DNA of 63,762 nucleotides, the filler included, from Octopus bimaculoides (taxonomy: Eukaryota): the NCBI RefSeq assembly GCF_001194135.2. It is 6 parts of 6 records of this genome, joined end to end, with 100 filler letters (N's around TTAATTAATTAA, not from the genome) between each part and the next. Parts side by side here need not be neighbours in the genome. Positions count along the whole stretch, not along the records: positions 1 to 15,219 come from NC_068996.1; positions 15,320 to 34,656 come from NC_068983.1; 4 more parts are not named here. One strand, 5' to 3'. The position numbers and the translations under genes are program-made. Positions 13,201 through 24,718 of the stretch are shown in pieces; the stretch's first letter is position 1, and the number at the start of each line of letters is the position of its first letter. The notes beneath the pieces were generated by a model. It was not told where the DNA came from. It searched no databases and was given only the letters and a program-made list of their open reading frames with translations.

Positions 13201-13266
13201 ACATAAATTTTACCAGGAATAAGGCTGAACTTGAGCCAAACCAAAACAATAATTATAATAATAACT
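10263..13266 (+). mobile_element. 5'-truncated decayed R4/Dong-type LINE with 3' UTR and (AAT)n tail
   Basis: EPNWRKRI, QPITCLPLMWK, KAYDMVPH, GIFQGDNLSSLLF, catalytic motif as FFMNDIK, HPKADLNRLYL, CRACG...HIAAKC, LGRARIIRKVLST* (stop 13144-13146); tail about 13250-13266. Confidence 0.9.
10904..11069. mobile_element. hAT-type MITE, 166 bp
   Basis: 15-bp TIR CACTAGCGTAGCTAG / CTAGCTATGCTAGTG (1 mismatch). 8-bp TSD GGACCAGA (10896-10903) / GGACCAGG (11070-11077). Removing it restores the host RT motif KGPGLDGVQGY. Confidence 0.85.
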
Positions 13267-14229
13267 TTCAGTGCTGATATCAGAATGGAGTTCCGACTGA
13301 GAAAGTGTGGTGTGTTAGTCTTGAAAAGAGGTAAAATCAAGTGTATGGACGGGTTATCGATACCGTCGGGGGAGGTTATGAAGCAAATGGAATAGACGTA
13401 CCTGGAGATTCTGGAAATGGATAAATTGATGGAGAAAAAATGACAGAAAAATTTAAGGTGGAGTACTTGCGCAGACTGAGACTGATCCTTAAGTCGAAAT
13501 TAAACGGACGGAATAAGATTGATGCTATCAACACCTGGGCAGTTTCACTCCTTAGATATGGAGCAGGAGTAATCGCATGTATTGTAGACTAACTAAACAG
13601 CTTAGACAGAAAAACATGGGAGTTGCTAACTAGATATGAGACACTCTACCCAAAAAGTGACACAGGCAGACTGTATGTACCAAGAAAAAGAGGAGGAAGA
13701 GGACTTATTGGATGCGAACACAGCATTAGAGCAGTAGAAAACAACATAGCATGATATGTAAAAAATGCTACAGAACCGCTATTACTAGAAGAAGGTCAGG
13801 TTTGTGTAAGATGAAAGATTGCAAAGATAAAGCACTATACAAGAAATTGAAAACGAATCAAACTGAAAATAGGTGGGTAAAGAAAAGAATGCATGGACAA
13901 TTTCATAGGGATGTTGAAGATAAGACAGACAGAGAAAAAAGATGGCTGTGGATGACTAAAATTGATTTAAAACCGGAAACAGACGTTCTAATCTGTGCTG
14001 CCCAAGAGCAAGCACTAAGAACAAACTACATAAAATACAGAATAGACAACACATCAGAAAGTGATAAGTGCAGAATATGTGGACAAAATGGTGAAACCGT
14101 ATGGCATATTACCAGCCAATGTACGCCACTAGCCCAGAAGGAATATAAGAGACGCCATGACAATATAGCAAGGCTTGTCCATTGGACACTTTGCAACAAG
14201 TATGGACTTGACAGAGCAAAAAATTGGAA
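13267..14229 (+). mobile_element. Internal fragment of a further R4/Dong-type LINE
   Basis: FSADIRMEF.LRKCGVL, INTWAVSLLRYGAG, RLYVPRKRGGRGLI, MHGQFHRDV, AAQEQALRTN, CRICG...HITSQC, KRRHDNIARLVHW. Starts directly after the previous element's (AAT)n tail. Confidence 0.85.
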
Positions 14230-14238
14230 TATGACGAA

Positions 14239-14821
14239 TGCTTTCTGTTGTCGGAGATGGATTAACACAACCTGTCAGCGGCTGCTGTGGAAGAGGGTAG
14301 TGAAATGGAAAAGGGCCAGGGTATTAGGTTAGGAGTTATGCCCCTTGGTTGCGTATGCTGTGAGGTCGGTGAGTGTTATCTTAAAGCGTTTGTGTGGGAA
14401 GTGTGCATTATTAAGTGTGGCGCTCATGTGGAGATGGGGTGTGTTATGTGTAGTGGTATCATATACATAAACCCCCTCCCGCACATGAATAACTCACCGC
14501 ACGCTAACATAACCCACACAAACACACACCTTATCCTTATTGAAAGAAAACGGATCAACGAACACAGCCATATTTACCTACAACCCTGGAAAAAATGATG
14601 CATATGGCACCACTACACATATCACACACCCCATCCCCACATACTTAGTAATGCACACAAACGCTCACGGCATACCCAACCAAAGAGCATACCCAACCTA
14701 ATACCCTGGCCCTTTTTCATTTCACCACCCTTTTCCACTGCAGCCGCTGATAGGTTGTGTTAATCTACCACCGACAATAGAAAGCAGTCGCCATATTCCC
14801 TTCCATATTGGCTAACTCTGA
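14239..14821. repeat. Diverged inverted repeat, probable Penelope inverted pLTR remnant
   Basis: Arms at about 14239-14464 and 14602-14786 are reverse complements with substitutions and indels. The spacer encodes ERKRINEH, resembling the GIY-YIG R..EH motif. Confidence 0.55.
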
Positions 14822-15219
14822 TGAGCGTAACTTTATATAACCGGATTGTTACTTAATACTCCATTGTTCCTTGTGTGGTGTGTGCGTACGAGTAGATGTA
14901 ATTGCCTTACCTCGGTTTTCCTTTCCTCGACTGCGAGTCTGTCTTGCGGTATCCAATCCTTGAAGCTTGCCCCGACCCAAAGTACACCAGGAATAGCAGC
15001 TGCCTCTCCCAAACCTAGACCGTCGCTTAACACGTCTTGTCCTGACCACAACCCCGTTCGAAAAAGGGCACGAATCCCGATCGAGGCTCCCTCTGCCCTT
15101 TTTCCCCTTCCGGTCAGACTCCCCAGACACTGACGTCATACCACACGCCACCCTGATCTTAAAGATCACGTTCACCCCTACTCCAATTCGAAGTCCGCCA
15201 TCCAACCGGGCGGGCGCCT
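14822..15219 (-). mobile_element. Gypsy-like LTR retrotransposon 3' end: pol C-terminus, PPT and 353-bp 3' LTR
   Basis: Minus strand reads RRPPGWMADFELE*, then purine tract GGAGTAGGGG (15175-15184), then an LTR from TGAACGTGA (15174) to TTACGCTCA (14822) with imperfect terminal inverted repeat. The rest is lost in the gap. Confidence 0.65.
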
Positions 15220-15319
15220 NNNNNNNNNNNNNNNNNNNNNNNNNNNNNNNNNNNNNNNNNNNNTTAATTAATTAANNNNNNNNNNNNNNNNNNNNNNNNN
15301 NNNNNNNNNNNNNNNNNNN
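15220..15319. other. Artificial 100-bp scaffold spacer (44 N + TTAATTAATTAA + 44 N)
   Basis: Identical construct with the 12-mer at 15264, 34701, 46343, 50688 and 62025. Confidence 0.97.
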
Positions 15320-16089
15320 ATATATATATATATATATGTCTTGGAATTAAACATTATCCAATTGTTCACTTATTTCCTTCGAAATAATTTTTAACTTCGT
15401 TAGGAAAGGAGAGATGATTAATGAAAGTAGTTTACTAAGGTTCTCTGAATTCACCATTGGGAACATTAGAAACCAAGGCTAGAATTACTTATGGTTTACC
15501 CATAGAAATAATTCAGAATTGATTAAAAACGTATAGAAAATAATCGTTTAACTTACTTTTTGCATGATAACTTATGCTAATGTTATAATTAACGTCATTT
15601 TCAAGATACTTAGGTACTAATAGCGTCTTTCTTAAATTATAGAATTTCATATTATCAATTCAAACCTACACACCACAGTTGCTTTTGGTGAAATTTTCTG
15701 ATTTAATGTGATTTAATGAATATTCTATGAGATTACAGGTAGAAATTCTTAGAAAGAACAACGTGTTATCTTTTCTAAAATTTACTTAGTTCTTGTGCTC
15801 GACTCATGTGGATGATATCTCTCAATGTGTTGAATATTATCACCACCTTGTTGACAAAACTGATATTTTTCAGTCGATTAACATGAAAGGAAAGGTTTAA
15901 TGGCGACACATATATGATCTCCACATGCGCTTTGCAGAGGAGATGTTGGAGCCAGATCAAACAAAATGTGTGAAGTATTGTAACGAAGAGGAAGTCTATT
16001 TCACTGATGTACAAAAATACACCCCCAAAAATTTGAATGACGTTAATTTTGTTATTCTAGAATGAAAGCTGCAACATCTGAAACTTAAG

Positions 16090-16200
<111 letters not shown>

Positions 16201-16294
16201 AACACACACATACACACACACGCACGCACATATGCAAACGCACAATCACACTCACTGATGCGTATATGTATATGTATCAATGTGCTTGTTTCTA

Positions 16295-17233
16295 CAGGGT
16301 GTTTCAAAAGTCTATATCACATTCAAAGAACTCTTATATCATGAACTACAAATGGTAGCATGATTGAACTGTTACCATTTAAAAGCTAAAAGTGTTAAGT
16401 TTTCTTCTGTTAATTTAATCTTAATTTAATTAATTAAATCTAATTTTGTTTTTTGTCTCTTTTCAGTTCCAGTAATGTCATTCACAAAATAAGAGAAGTC
16501 ATTTTGCGTCCTAGAATGCGCGAAAACTGAATCATGGACACGTGTTCAATTCAAATTTCATACAACGTTTACCAAGCAGGCACCAGACAGACGTTCTATT
16601 TTGAATTGGCATGCAAAATTAAAGGGGATGGGGTGTTTGTGCTTCGTAAAGAGAACAGGATGCCTCTTAACTTCAGATGATACGGCTGAACAAGTTCGGC
16701 AAGTCTTCCACAGTAGCCCCCAGAAATCAGTCAGAATAGCTAGTCAAGAACTTTAGCTCCCATCAACAAGTGTTTGGCGCGTCTTAAAGAGACGGCTGCA
16801 GTTCACACCATACAAGCTGAAATTGGTTCAACAGTTGAAGGACACTGATAAACCTATTCGTCCTGAATTTTCCACAGGAGCGTCCCGTTCTATTTGCCGT
16901 ACACAAACACCCTTCCTCTTTAAATTTTGCATGCCAATGCAAAATGGAACGTCTGTATGGTTCCTGCTTGGTAAACGTTATATGAAATTTGCGTTGAACA
17001 CGTGTCAATGATTCAATTTTAGCGTATTCTAGGACACAAAATGATTTCTCATGTTCTGTGGATGACATTATTGGATCTGAAAAGAGACAAAAAACAAAAT
17101 TAAATTTAATTAAATGAAAATTAAATTAAAAAAGGAAAACTTGGCACTTTTAACTTTTAAATGGTAACAGTTCAATCATACTATCATGATATAAGTGTTT
17201 TTAGAATGTGACATAGACTTTTGAAACACTCCG
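16295..17233. mobile_element. Foldback non-autonomous Tc1/mariner element built from two transposase 5' ends
   Basis: TA TSDs at 16293-94 and 17234-35; TIR CAGGGTGTTTCAAAAGT. Both strands encode the same HTH N-terminus (EKSFCVLE.AK.ES.TRVQ.KF...RRSIL.WHAK). Arms about 16295-16665 and 16878-17233. Confidence 0.85.
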
Positions 17234-18585
17234 TATGTTTGAAGATTTTTCAGTAGATACAAAACACAGATACTTATGTACCACTAACACAAGTAGAGTT
17301 AGTAAAACTAGCAGAGAGACCGCCCTCCGGGCGGTTTTCTACTGTCCGCTTGATAATATTTTCACATTTGATACCCAATTCTAATGAATTTTATATTTTA
17401 CATCTAATTATTTCTTTGTATAATAGTTCTCATTTGATTACTAAATATTGTTTTAGTTATTTTATCACAGCCATAATCTCTCTTTTTTAACCAAACATCA
17501 TGGTAGTCCAACAACAGAGGGAGAAACAGTTTGTCAAGTCTTACCTTCCCCTCAATGCAACATAGAGATTTAAATTCAACAACCCATCTGTAAACTTTAC
17601 AGTGTGTGTGTGTATGTGTGCGTGTGTGTGTGTGAGTGTGTGAGTGAGAGAGAACATTGTAAACAATGAATGAAATAAAGATGAAATGAAAAATTCGTAT
17701 AAATAAAAGGGCATTACTGCAGATGTATACGCCCCCGACTTTATTGCCTCATAATATCCAGAAAAATGGATACCTTTTAACAAAATTTTCTACAAATATC
17801 GCTTAGATGTTGTGGCTTTAGAGTATACAGGGATTTATGGGAAAGGATTTTTCCGAGGAGGTGGAGAGAGGAGTCTCGGAAAATTCACACGATCTTTCAT
17901 AACTTTCAGAAAAATGAGTATCATAATGAAAGTTTATACAAATCCCTTTCAAACGGCATATATTACGATTATATAGAAATTTGCAGGGGAAACTTTTGTC
18001 GGGATTTTTCCCATTTTTTTAAAAACCATAGCCTTCGAAATGATGGAGTTGGGTGGGGGCATCTTTGCATGAAAAAATTTTGAAAATTTGTTTTTTACAC
18101 CCCTCCCTCACCATCCCACTACCATTTTGACTAATTTGTTTGCACTTCAAAATCACTGGAAGAACATTTTCGATAAAAGAAAGAAAATTGCTAATATTTT
18201 CAGAGGGAAAAAGTGAGTGGTTTAAGGGCGATTTGGCTGTTGTTTCTAGCACATCCAAAGACAACCCTACTCGTTTCTTTATCACTCTCGCATGTATTGA
18301 TGTTTTTCAATTTTTTTTCCCGATAAATACTTTTATATGTTATAGAAGAGAAATTATGAATTTTTTGCAACCCCACTCCCTGTCTCCGAATTTGCCGAAT
18401 CGCTAAGTTACTGGGACATAAACATGCCAACATCGGTTGTCAAGCGATGGAGGGGACAAACACAGACATACACACACACAAATATATATATATGTTAAAT
18501 AAAATGAGACAACAAACCCTTCCTTTTCCAAAATAACTCCTCATATTGAACTGCGATATTTCTTTCTATTTAACCATCTCACACC

Positions 18586-18633
18586 GTCTCTGATAAAGTG
18601 ATATCCCTAATATCCCAGAAACAGCTGTAAGAC
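18586..18633 (+). ncRNA. Degenerate minimal type-I hammerhead ribozyme motif
   Basis: GTCT-CTGATAA-A-GTGATAT ccct a ATATCCC-A-GAAAC-AGCT-GTA-AGAC: stem I GTCT/AGAC, palindromic stem III ACAGCTGT, GUA triplet; core has G8 changed to A. Confidence 0.6.
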
Positions 18634-18746
18634 TAACTGTCTCTTTATAAATGTTCTGAAAATTTCACACAGCCTTGGCTTTTTGTTTAGAAATAATACA
18701 TTTCTAAATCTTTCAGAGAGATTCATGCAGTAGTGATACGATGAAG

Positions 18747-19001
18747 TAGTTGTATGCTGTCAACTTAATGTGACAGTCCCCTGAAGGGAATAATACAACT
18801 GTTGGTTAGACCTAAGAAGCTGCACCGCTTCCTGTCGGCCTTGACATTTCCTGTGTCCTTATGTTTCATGTGTACTTGTAAACATAAAGACACAGGAAAT
18901 GTGTCAAGGCCGACAGGAAGCGGTGCAGCTTCCTAGGTCTAATCAACGGTAGTATTATTCCCTTCAGGGGAGTGTCACATTAAGTTGACAGCATACAACT
19001 A
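18747..19001. repeat. 255-bp near-perfect palindrome (MITE-like hairpin)
   Basis: Arms 18747-18866 and 18880-19001 differ by 6 substitutions and one 2-nt indel; 13-nt loop; TA at both ends. Confidence 0.95.
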
Positions 19002-19220
19002 TAGCCTTGGCTTTGTTGTCTCATTTTCCAAAAATATGGAAGGTATATTATTTTAAGATCATAGTGACACAGTCATATTTTGGGTTAATTAGAATCATTG
19101 TAACGATGAAATTGAAAGAATATGAAAGCGATATAAGTCAATGATAAAAATGTTTCAAAATATTTCAAAACAACTCTAAATAACATTTTCATTTATATCT
19201 ATGCATAATATCATATATGA

Positions 19221-19500
19221 GGACGCATGGCTTAGTGGTTAAGGTGTTATACTCACGATTGCGAGATCGTGTTTCAGTTCATAGACCTGGGTGGTGCGTT
19301 GTGTTCTTGAGCAAACCACTTCATCACTCGCTGCTCTGCGGCCACTTCGACACCTGACGCGTGGTACACAGTACACCTGTTCAACCAGCGTCGATTTGAT
19401 GGAAAGTGTGAGCTAATGTACAGCACATACATTTGATCACTATGAACAAATGACTGATGCAGGTCGTTCGGCAATATACTGAACACTCATACGTCATCTT
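19221..19500 (+). mobile_element. tRNA-derived SINE
   Basis: A-box-like TGGCTTAGTGG head followed by TTGTGTTCTTGAGCAAACCACTT, a block shared with the SINEs at 22.3 kb and 54.9 kb. Confidence 0.65.
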
Positions 19501-19799
19501 CGACGGAGAGACCATAACGTCCGAAAACGCGCGTACACATATATACACATATGTGTTATGCACACTCACACAAACACACATTTGTATACACACACATATG
19601 TATACACACACATACACGCATATATGAATATAGATACGCTACGGAAACAGTCGAATCCGATCGGTCAGTATAAGGATTTCTCGATCGGTGGTTGGGCGAT
19701 TACTGTACTTCTCAGCATATATGTATACAATTATGTGCTTTAACTACACAGCATGAGAACATTTTAGATTTTCTTTTTGGTAACACTTTTCACATGGCT

Positions 19800-19844
<45 letters not shown>

Positions 19845-19960
19845 GTATATATATANNNNNNNNNNNNNNNNNNNNNNNNNNNNNNNNNNNNNNNNNNNNN
19901 NNNNNNNNNNNNNNNNNNNNNNNNNNNNNNNNNNNNNNNNNNNNNNNNNNNNNNNNNNNN

Positions 19961-20310
19961 GGGCAGGGAATTGCCAATTAGTTAATAAAATTAATAATTA
20001 ACAATTTTGCCAAGTAGTTCGGTATGCAAAAAAAACCTTTATCGGTAAACCATTTATAATTATAATTATAAACATATAGGGATCAGCATGAGTTGCTTCA
20101 CCAACATAATGAAAATTTAGAAATAACAGTCAAAGAACTACTAATTTTAACTACAATTTTTTCTCCAACGGATGGCGATATTTATGGCACACATAGAACA
20201 AAACAGAAGAGAAAATAAACGAAAACAAACCTGCCGTTAGTTCATCATGTACGACGTTTCGTGATTAGAATATAAAATTCTTTTCCCCTCATCAGCATGA
20301 TATACAAAAT
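19961..20310 (-). mobile_element. Non-coding hammerhead-bearing repeat (Penelope pLTR or retrozyme-like)
   Basis: Homologous over about 300 bp to 33700-34040 in opposite orientation and carries a hammerhead at the equivalent position. Confidence 0.65.
20244..20301 (-). ncRNA. Minimal type-I hammerhead ribozyme motif with intact core
   Basis: Minus strand: ATCATG-CTGATGA-GGGGAAAAGAATTTTATATTCTAATCAC-GAAAC-GTC-GTA-CATGAT. Perfect 6-bp stem I, canonical CUGAUGA and GAAA, G-C closing pair of an imperfect stem II, GUA triplet. Confidence 0.75.
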
Positions 20311-21269
20311 AGTAAATCTGAAAATACTAACGTGCTTGTGGTGGTGGTGGTGGTGGTGGTGGTGGTGGTGGTGGGGTTATGGGCTGCGCTCCTCGTAGCA
20401 TAGGGAAAGGTCTTTTCAATGCCGTAGGGAAAAACCACCTTCTGAAATAACCGGTAATACAATTTTGAACGATGTATCTGTTTTCTGCGTTGACAGGGTT
20501 AATGACATATCAATTCTGGTTAATTCTTGACTCTTGAAATTACCTTCTCTTCTTATTTGGATTGGTTGCAATTGCTGCTAGGCGTTTGTTTGCATTCTTT
20601 CAAAGTGAAGACAATTTCAATAAATCAAGAATTGATATTGTATAGAACTTCGTATAACTTTCTTTGTCTTTGCTTAACAAGTTGATGCTACTGGCTATGC
20701 TGATGTATTTCTCTTAATTTTTGTTTTAATTATGGTAAATTTCTCTAAGCCATATTGTCTACTCTTTTTGTATATGGCTATGTCTTATGTTTGGTTGAAG
20801 ACATGGTGAGATAACTGCTGTGCTGCTGACATGTATCGAAACTATATGGACTTTATATTACCTCGGGTATGAAGGTCTTTTGAAAAAAATACAACTCCTG
20901 ACGAAATTATGTATTTCACATTTCTCTATAAGTTGCTAATAACCTTGTAGTTTTGAAAACAATCGCAAAATTTCCGCAGGCGCTGTGACATGGAGAAATA
21001 TATATTTTTATAGTTATATTCTTTAGAACATAGTAAATGTATTTATGCTGCTTTATATTTCAGATAAAATTCTACTGCGGTCGACTCTGCTTATAGAAGT
21101 CAATACAGTAAAGTCCCAGTCAAGTCAAATATGTGAAAATCACGGGCTAAATTCCTTGCTAAATCTTGTTTCGTCACTCTAGGCTTTTAGTTAATATTCT
21201 GCTATAAGTATCGTTGAGTCTGACTCATGCGAGGTCGATAACTGGAGTTCTAGCATCATATTGGTTTTA

Positions 21270-21475
21270 AATTTTGACACAAGGCCAGTAGCATCGAGGG
21301 AGGAGTAAGTCGATTACATCAACTCCAGTGCTCAACTTGTACTTATTTTATCGACTCCGAAAGCAGGAAAGGTAGAGTCGACCTCGGCGGAATTTGAACT
21401 TAAAATGTAAAGCCTAACAAAATGCTGCAAAACATTTTACCCAGCATGCTAACGATTCCGCCAGCTCGTCTCCTT
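21270..21475 (-). mobile_element. tRNA-derived SINE, family A
   Basis: Reverse complement of the TTCAAATTCCGCCGAGGTCGAC...GTCGATAAAATAAGTAC core seen many times in the window. Confidence 0.8.
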
Positions 21476-22239
21476 GTAGTTCTGGTAACATACTGGATGT
21501 TGCTTCGGTCAATTGAAACAACTATTCCTAAGATGTCTTTTGTTACCTAAATCTTGTGTTTGTTGTCTGATAACAATTTGTTTCGTTTGAAGCTTTATTC
21601 CTCTCACAATGATTAAGTGTAATTTCTTACTTTTACTCCTGTTACCATATATAATACATTTCGTTCTTCACAAATTTTCTTATCTGATATCCGAAGAAAA
21701 CGGAAGAAATGAGACTTGTTCCTAGAACTTCAACCATGTCACATTGTATCATATTGGTTCTTGCTGCGGATTTCGTTTAAGATATAGAATACTCAGCCAC
21801 TTATACTATAATTCTATGAATAGATTGTTCTGTTGATTGAACAGCTGAAATACTCATTCTCGATGCCGAGTGAAATCTATTTCCTGAGAGACAACTAAAA
21901 CGATCATACCCCTCTTCTAAAATGTGCTATGCTAGAGTGAAATAATTCCTATGAAAAGAAATCAATGAATAAAACAAAAGAAATTTAAAATTGATCCTAA
22001 GTTTTAAAAGATATTAAAACAATTTTTGAATGGTTAACTTGTGTCTTTCAAGCTGAAATCATTTTAGTTTAAGTATACAATCTCAAATCAAAACACTTGC
22101 TACGAGAGTACATCTCCGTAAAATATACTCATTAATTACAATACAGCCAGCCGTCACTCGCTAGCAAGCACGGTTTGCTGCCAGGCGTATACATCCTTGG
22201 CGCAGCCACACATCAAGTATCTGATAGCTGGCGGGAGAG

Positions 22240-22410
22240 AGGGCAGAACTAACAGTTGCTGGTTATGGCTGCTCATTTACAGCTGAACTGATTGTAGTTA
22301 ACTGAAGCCAAGTGCCTTGGTCAAGGACACAACACGCTACTCGATTCAGGAATTGAACCCACGATCTTATAACCATGAACCGAATACGCTAAGCCACTAG
22401 TTAACGCGCT
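22240..22410 (-). mobile_element. tRNA-derived SINE
   Basis: Minus strand has TGGCTTAGCG A-box-like and GGGTTCAATTCC B-box-like motifs, then TTGTGTCCTTGACCAAGGCACTT. Confidence 0.65.
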
Positions 22411-22789
22411 TTGCGTTATTATTAATAATGATAATTTATAGGTAAACATTTTCACAGACATCTTTCTGGTAATTTAAATGTGTTTTATACAGCGCTTGTG
22501 AAAAAAATGTTTAAATTTTAATTCACCATTTCTCTTGAGTTTCTTGAAAAAGCAGCCAAATTTTTCACATACCATACACACTAATCTAAAGAATGGAAGG
22601 ATACATTAGATAAAAAAGAAAAAAAGATGTAATATTCTGAAAAGAAAATAATTGTAAAAATATGTATTCCGAAAAAGAAAAAGAACTGAGAAAAAGTTTC
22701 AAGGCTGTAAAATAATTTTAAGTACGTAAATATTTAAAATAAATACATGTAATTAGATGTGTATAATTTTAATATTAGTTTCAAATAGC

Positions 22790-22960
22790 CTGCGAGCTGG
22801 TAGAATCGTTAGCACACCGAGCAAAATGCTTAGCGACATTCCGCCGAGCCCCACTCTGCCTTTCATCTTATCAAGATCGATAAAATAAGTACAAGTTGAA
22901 CACTGGGGTCGATGAAACTTCCCGAAATTGCTAGCCCGGCGCCAAAATTTGAAATCAATA
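22790..22960 (+). mobile_element. SINE family A, internally deleted
   Basis: GAGCTGGTAGAATCGTTAGC head, TTCCGCCGAG...GCCTTTCATC...GATAAAATAAGTAC body. Confidence 0.75.
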
Positions 22961-23238
22961 TTTGTTTCAAATAAGACGCGAGCAGGTACAAACATTAGAA
23001 CAGGCCTTGTGCCTCTAATAGAAAGAATACTAAATAGCATAGGCACAAAGCCACAAATTTTGAGAGAAGGTATAGTACTTCACTGGTACTTTTTCATTGA
23101 CATAGGGAGGACAAAACGCAGAGTCAAAAGGATCCAAAGCGAAGTAATTAAATAACATACCTGACGTAATACGGATGTTACTTATCTATGATTATCTTAT
23201 CGCTAGTTCAGCGAAATATAAAAAAGAACAGGAGTGAG

Positions 23239-23306
<68 letters not shown>

Positions 23307-23541
23307 AGAGAGAGAGAACACAGTTGAATAAGAGCACGCATTGTCAAAAAATGATGAGATAAATGCATTGAAATGGTGGCTGTTTTATCTCATGCAGCTG
23401 AAATAAATTTGGGAATGTTTTTGTCAGCAAATGTATATCGAATCGTAACAACTACAATTGATACAATATTAACTCTTTATGTATACACACACAAAAAATA
23501 TATATACATATGTGTCTGTCTATTTCTCTTTCTCTCTCTCT

Positions 23542-23588
<47 letters not shown>

Positions 23589-24620
23589 TGTGGAGTGAGT
23601 TTGTGTGTGTATGTAGTGGCATCAGAAGTATTGCCAACGTCAGCGGCTACTACATCATAATCGTTATTGTCCACATACCTATTAACACTATTAATATTGT
23701 CGCTGCCAATGCCAATTTTTATTAAGACACAGCTACTATCACAGTTTTCATCCAATCAATGACGAGATGGCACGCCTATTCTTTTTTCTTTTCCTTTCCT
23801 ATATTTTTTTTTCTTTTTGAGCTGTCGTCGACCTTTAGACTTTCATAGTTAAATGCAATAATATCAAATCACCCAATATTTTTTCAGAAATTTGTAGAGA
23901 ACAAAAATACTGCGTGGCGCTAAGTCCCATTTGCCTCGTATCGTGTTCTTTCGCAGTTTTTCTCACAGACTAAGATTCTGCGACTCAGTTCTTTTAAAGA
24001 CTAATGCATTCACCGTGAAAACTTTCATTCCAAAATTTTCAGTCAATCGTTTCTCTCAGCAACAACTCTTGCCAACAACCAAATCAAGACCTAGAATTCT
24101 GTATGTCTCTTTGTTATTACCTGTTGTTCAAAAGATTACATAATACAAAGTAGTTATGACGTAATAAAAGATACAAAAATTCAAAGACATTACATATTTT
24201 GACCCCAAACAGAAAGAAATTTAGTTACTTTTAAACTATCAATCTTAGCAAATACTATTTTATTTTCTGCATTGTTTAAAGTTATATTACTTATACCTCT
24301 CATGTTTAAATGTACAAATATATTTTTCCAATTAGCATGCATAATATTTTTCATTTCAGTTATCGAAATTATAGCTGGTTTTGTATACCAGTCTTCTTGC
24401 CTTTGGTAGGTTCTGTTCTGGCAGTGGCAGTCTACAACGGTTTTATTTGTATTCACCGTCCAGAGATTTTAACAATCACAGCTGAATTCAGAGACCATCC
24501 AACTGCGACCACAGCTGAAATCGGTATTTACTATATTTTTATTTCTCTAATTCCTTTCACTCAGTTTACTGCAACCATGCAGGTGGGGTGATGTAGATGA
24601 TTATAACATTTTTGTTGTTT

Positions 24621-24715
<95 letters not shown>

Positions 24716-24718
<3 letters not shown>

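Noticed and set aside
14818-14840. CTGATGAG as an intact hammerhead
   Set aside because: No GAAA or stem II follows; TGAG is the LTR terminus.
15264-15275. TTAATTAATTAA repeated five times in the window
   Set aside because: Always centred in exactly 44 N + 44 N; a synthetic stop-in-all-frames scaffold spacer, not biology.
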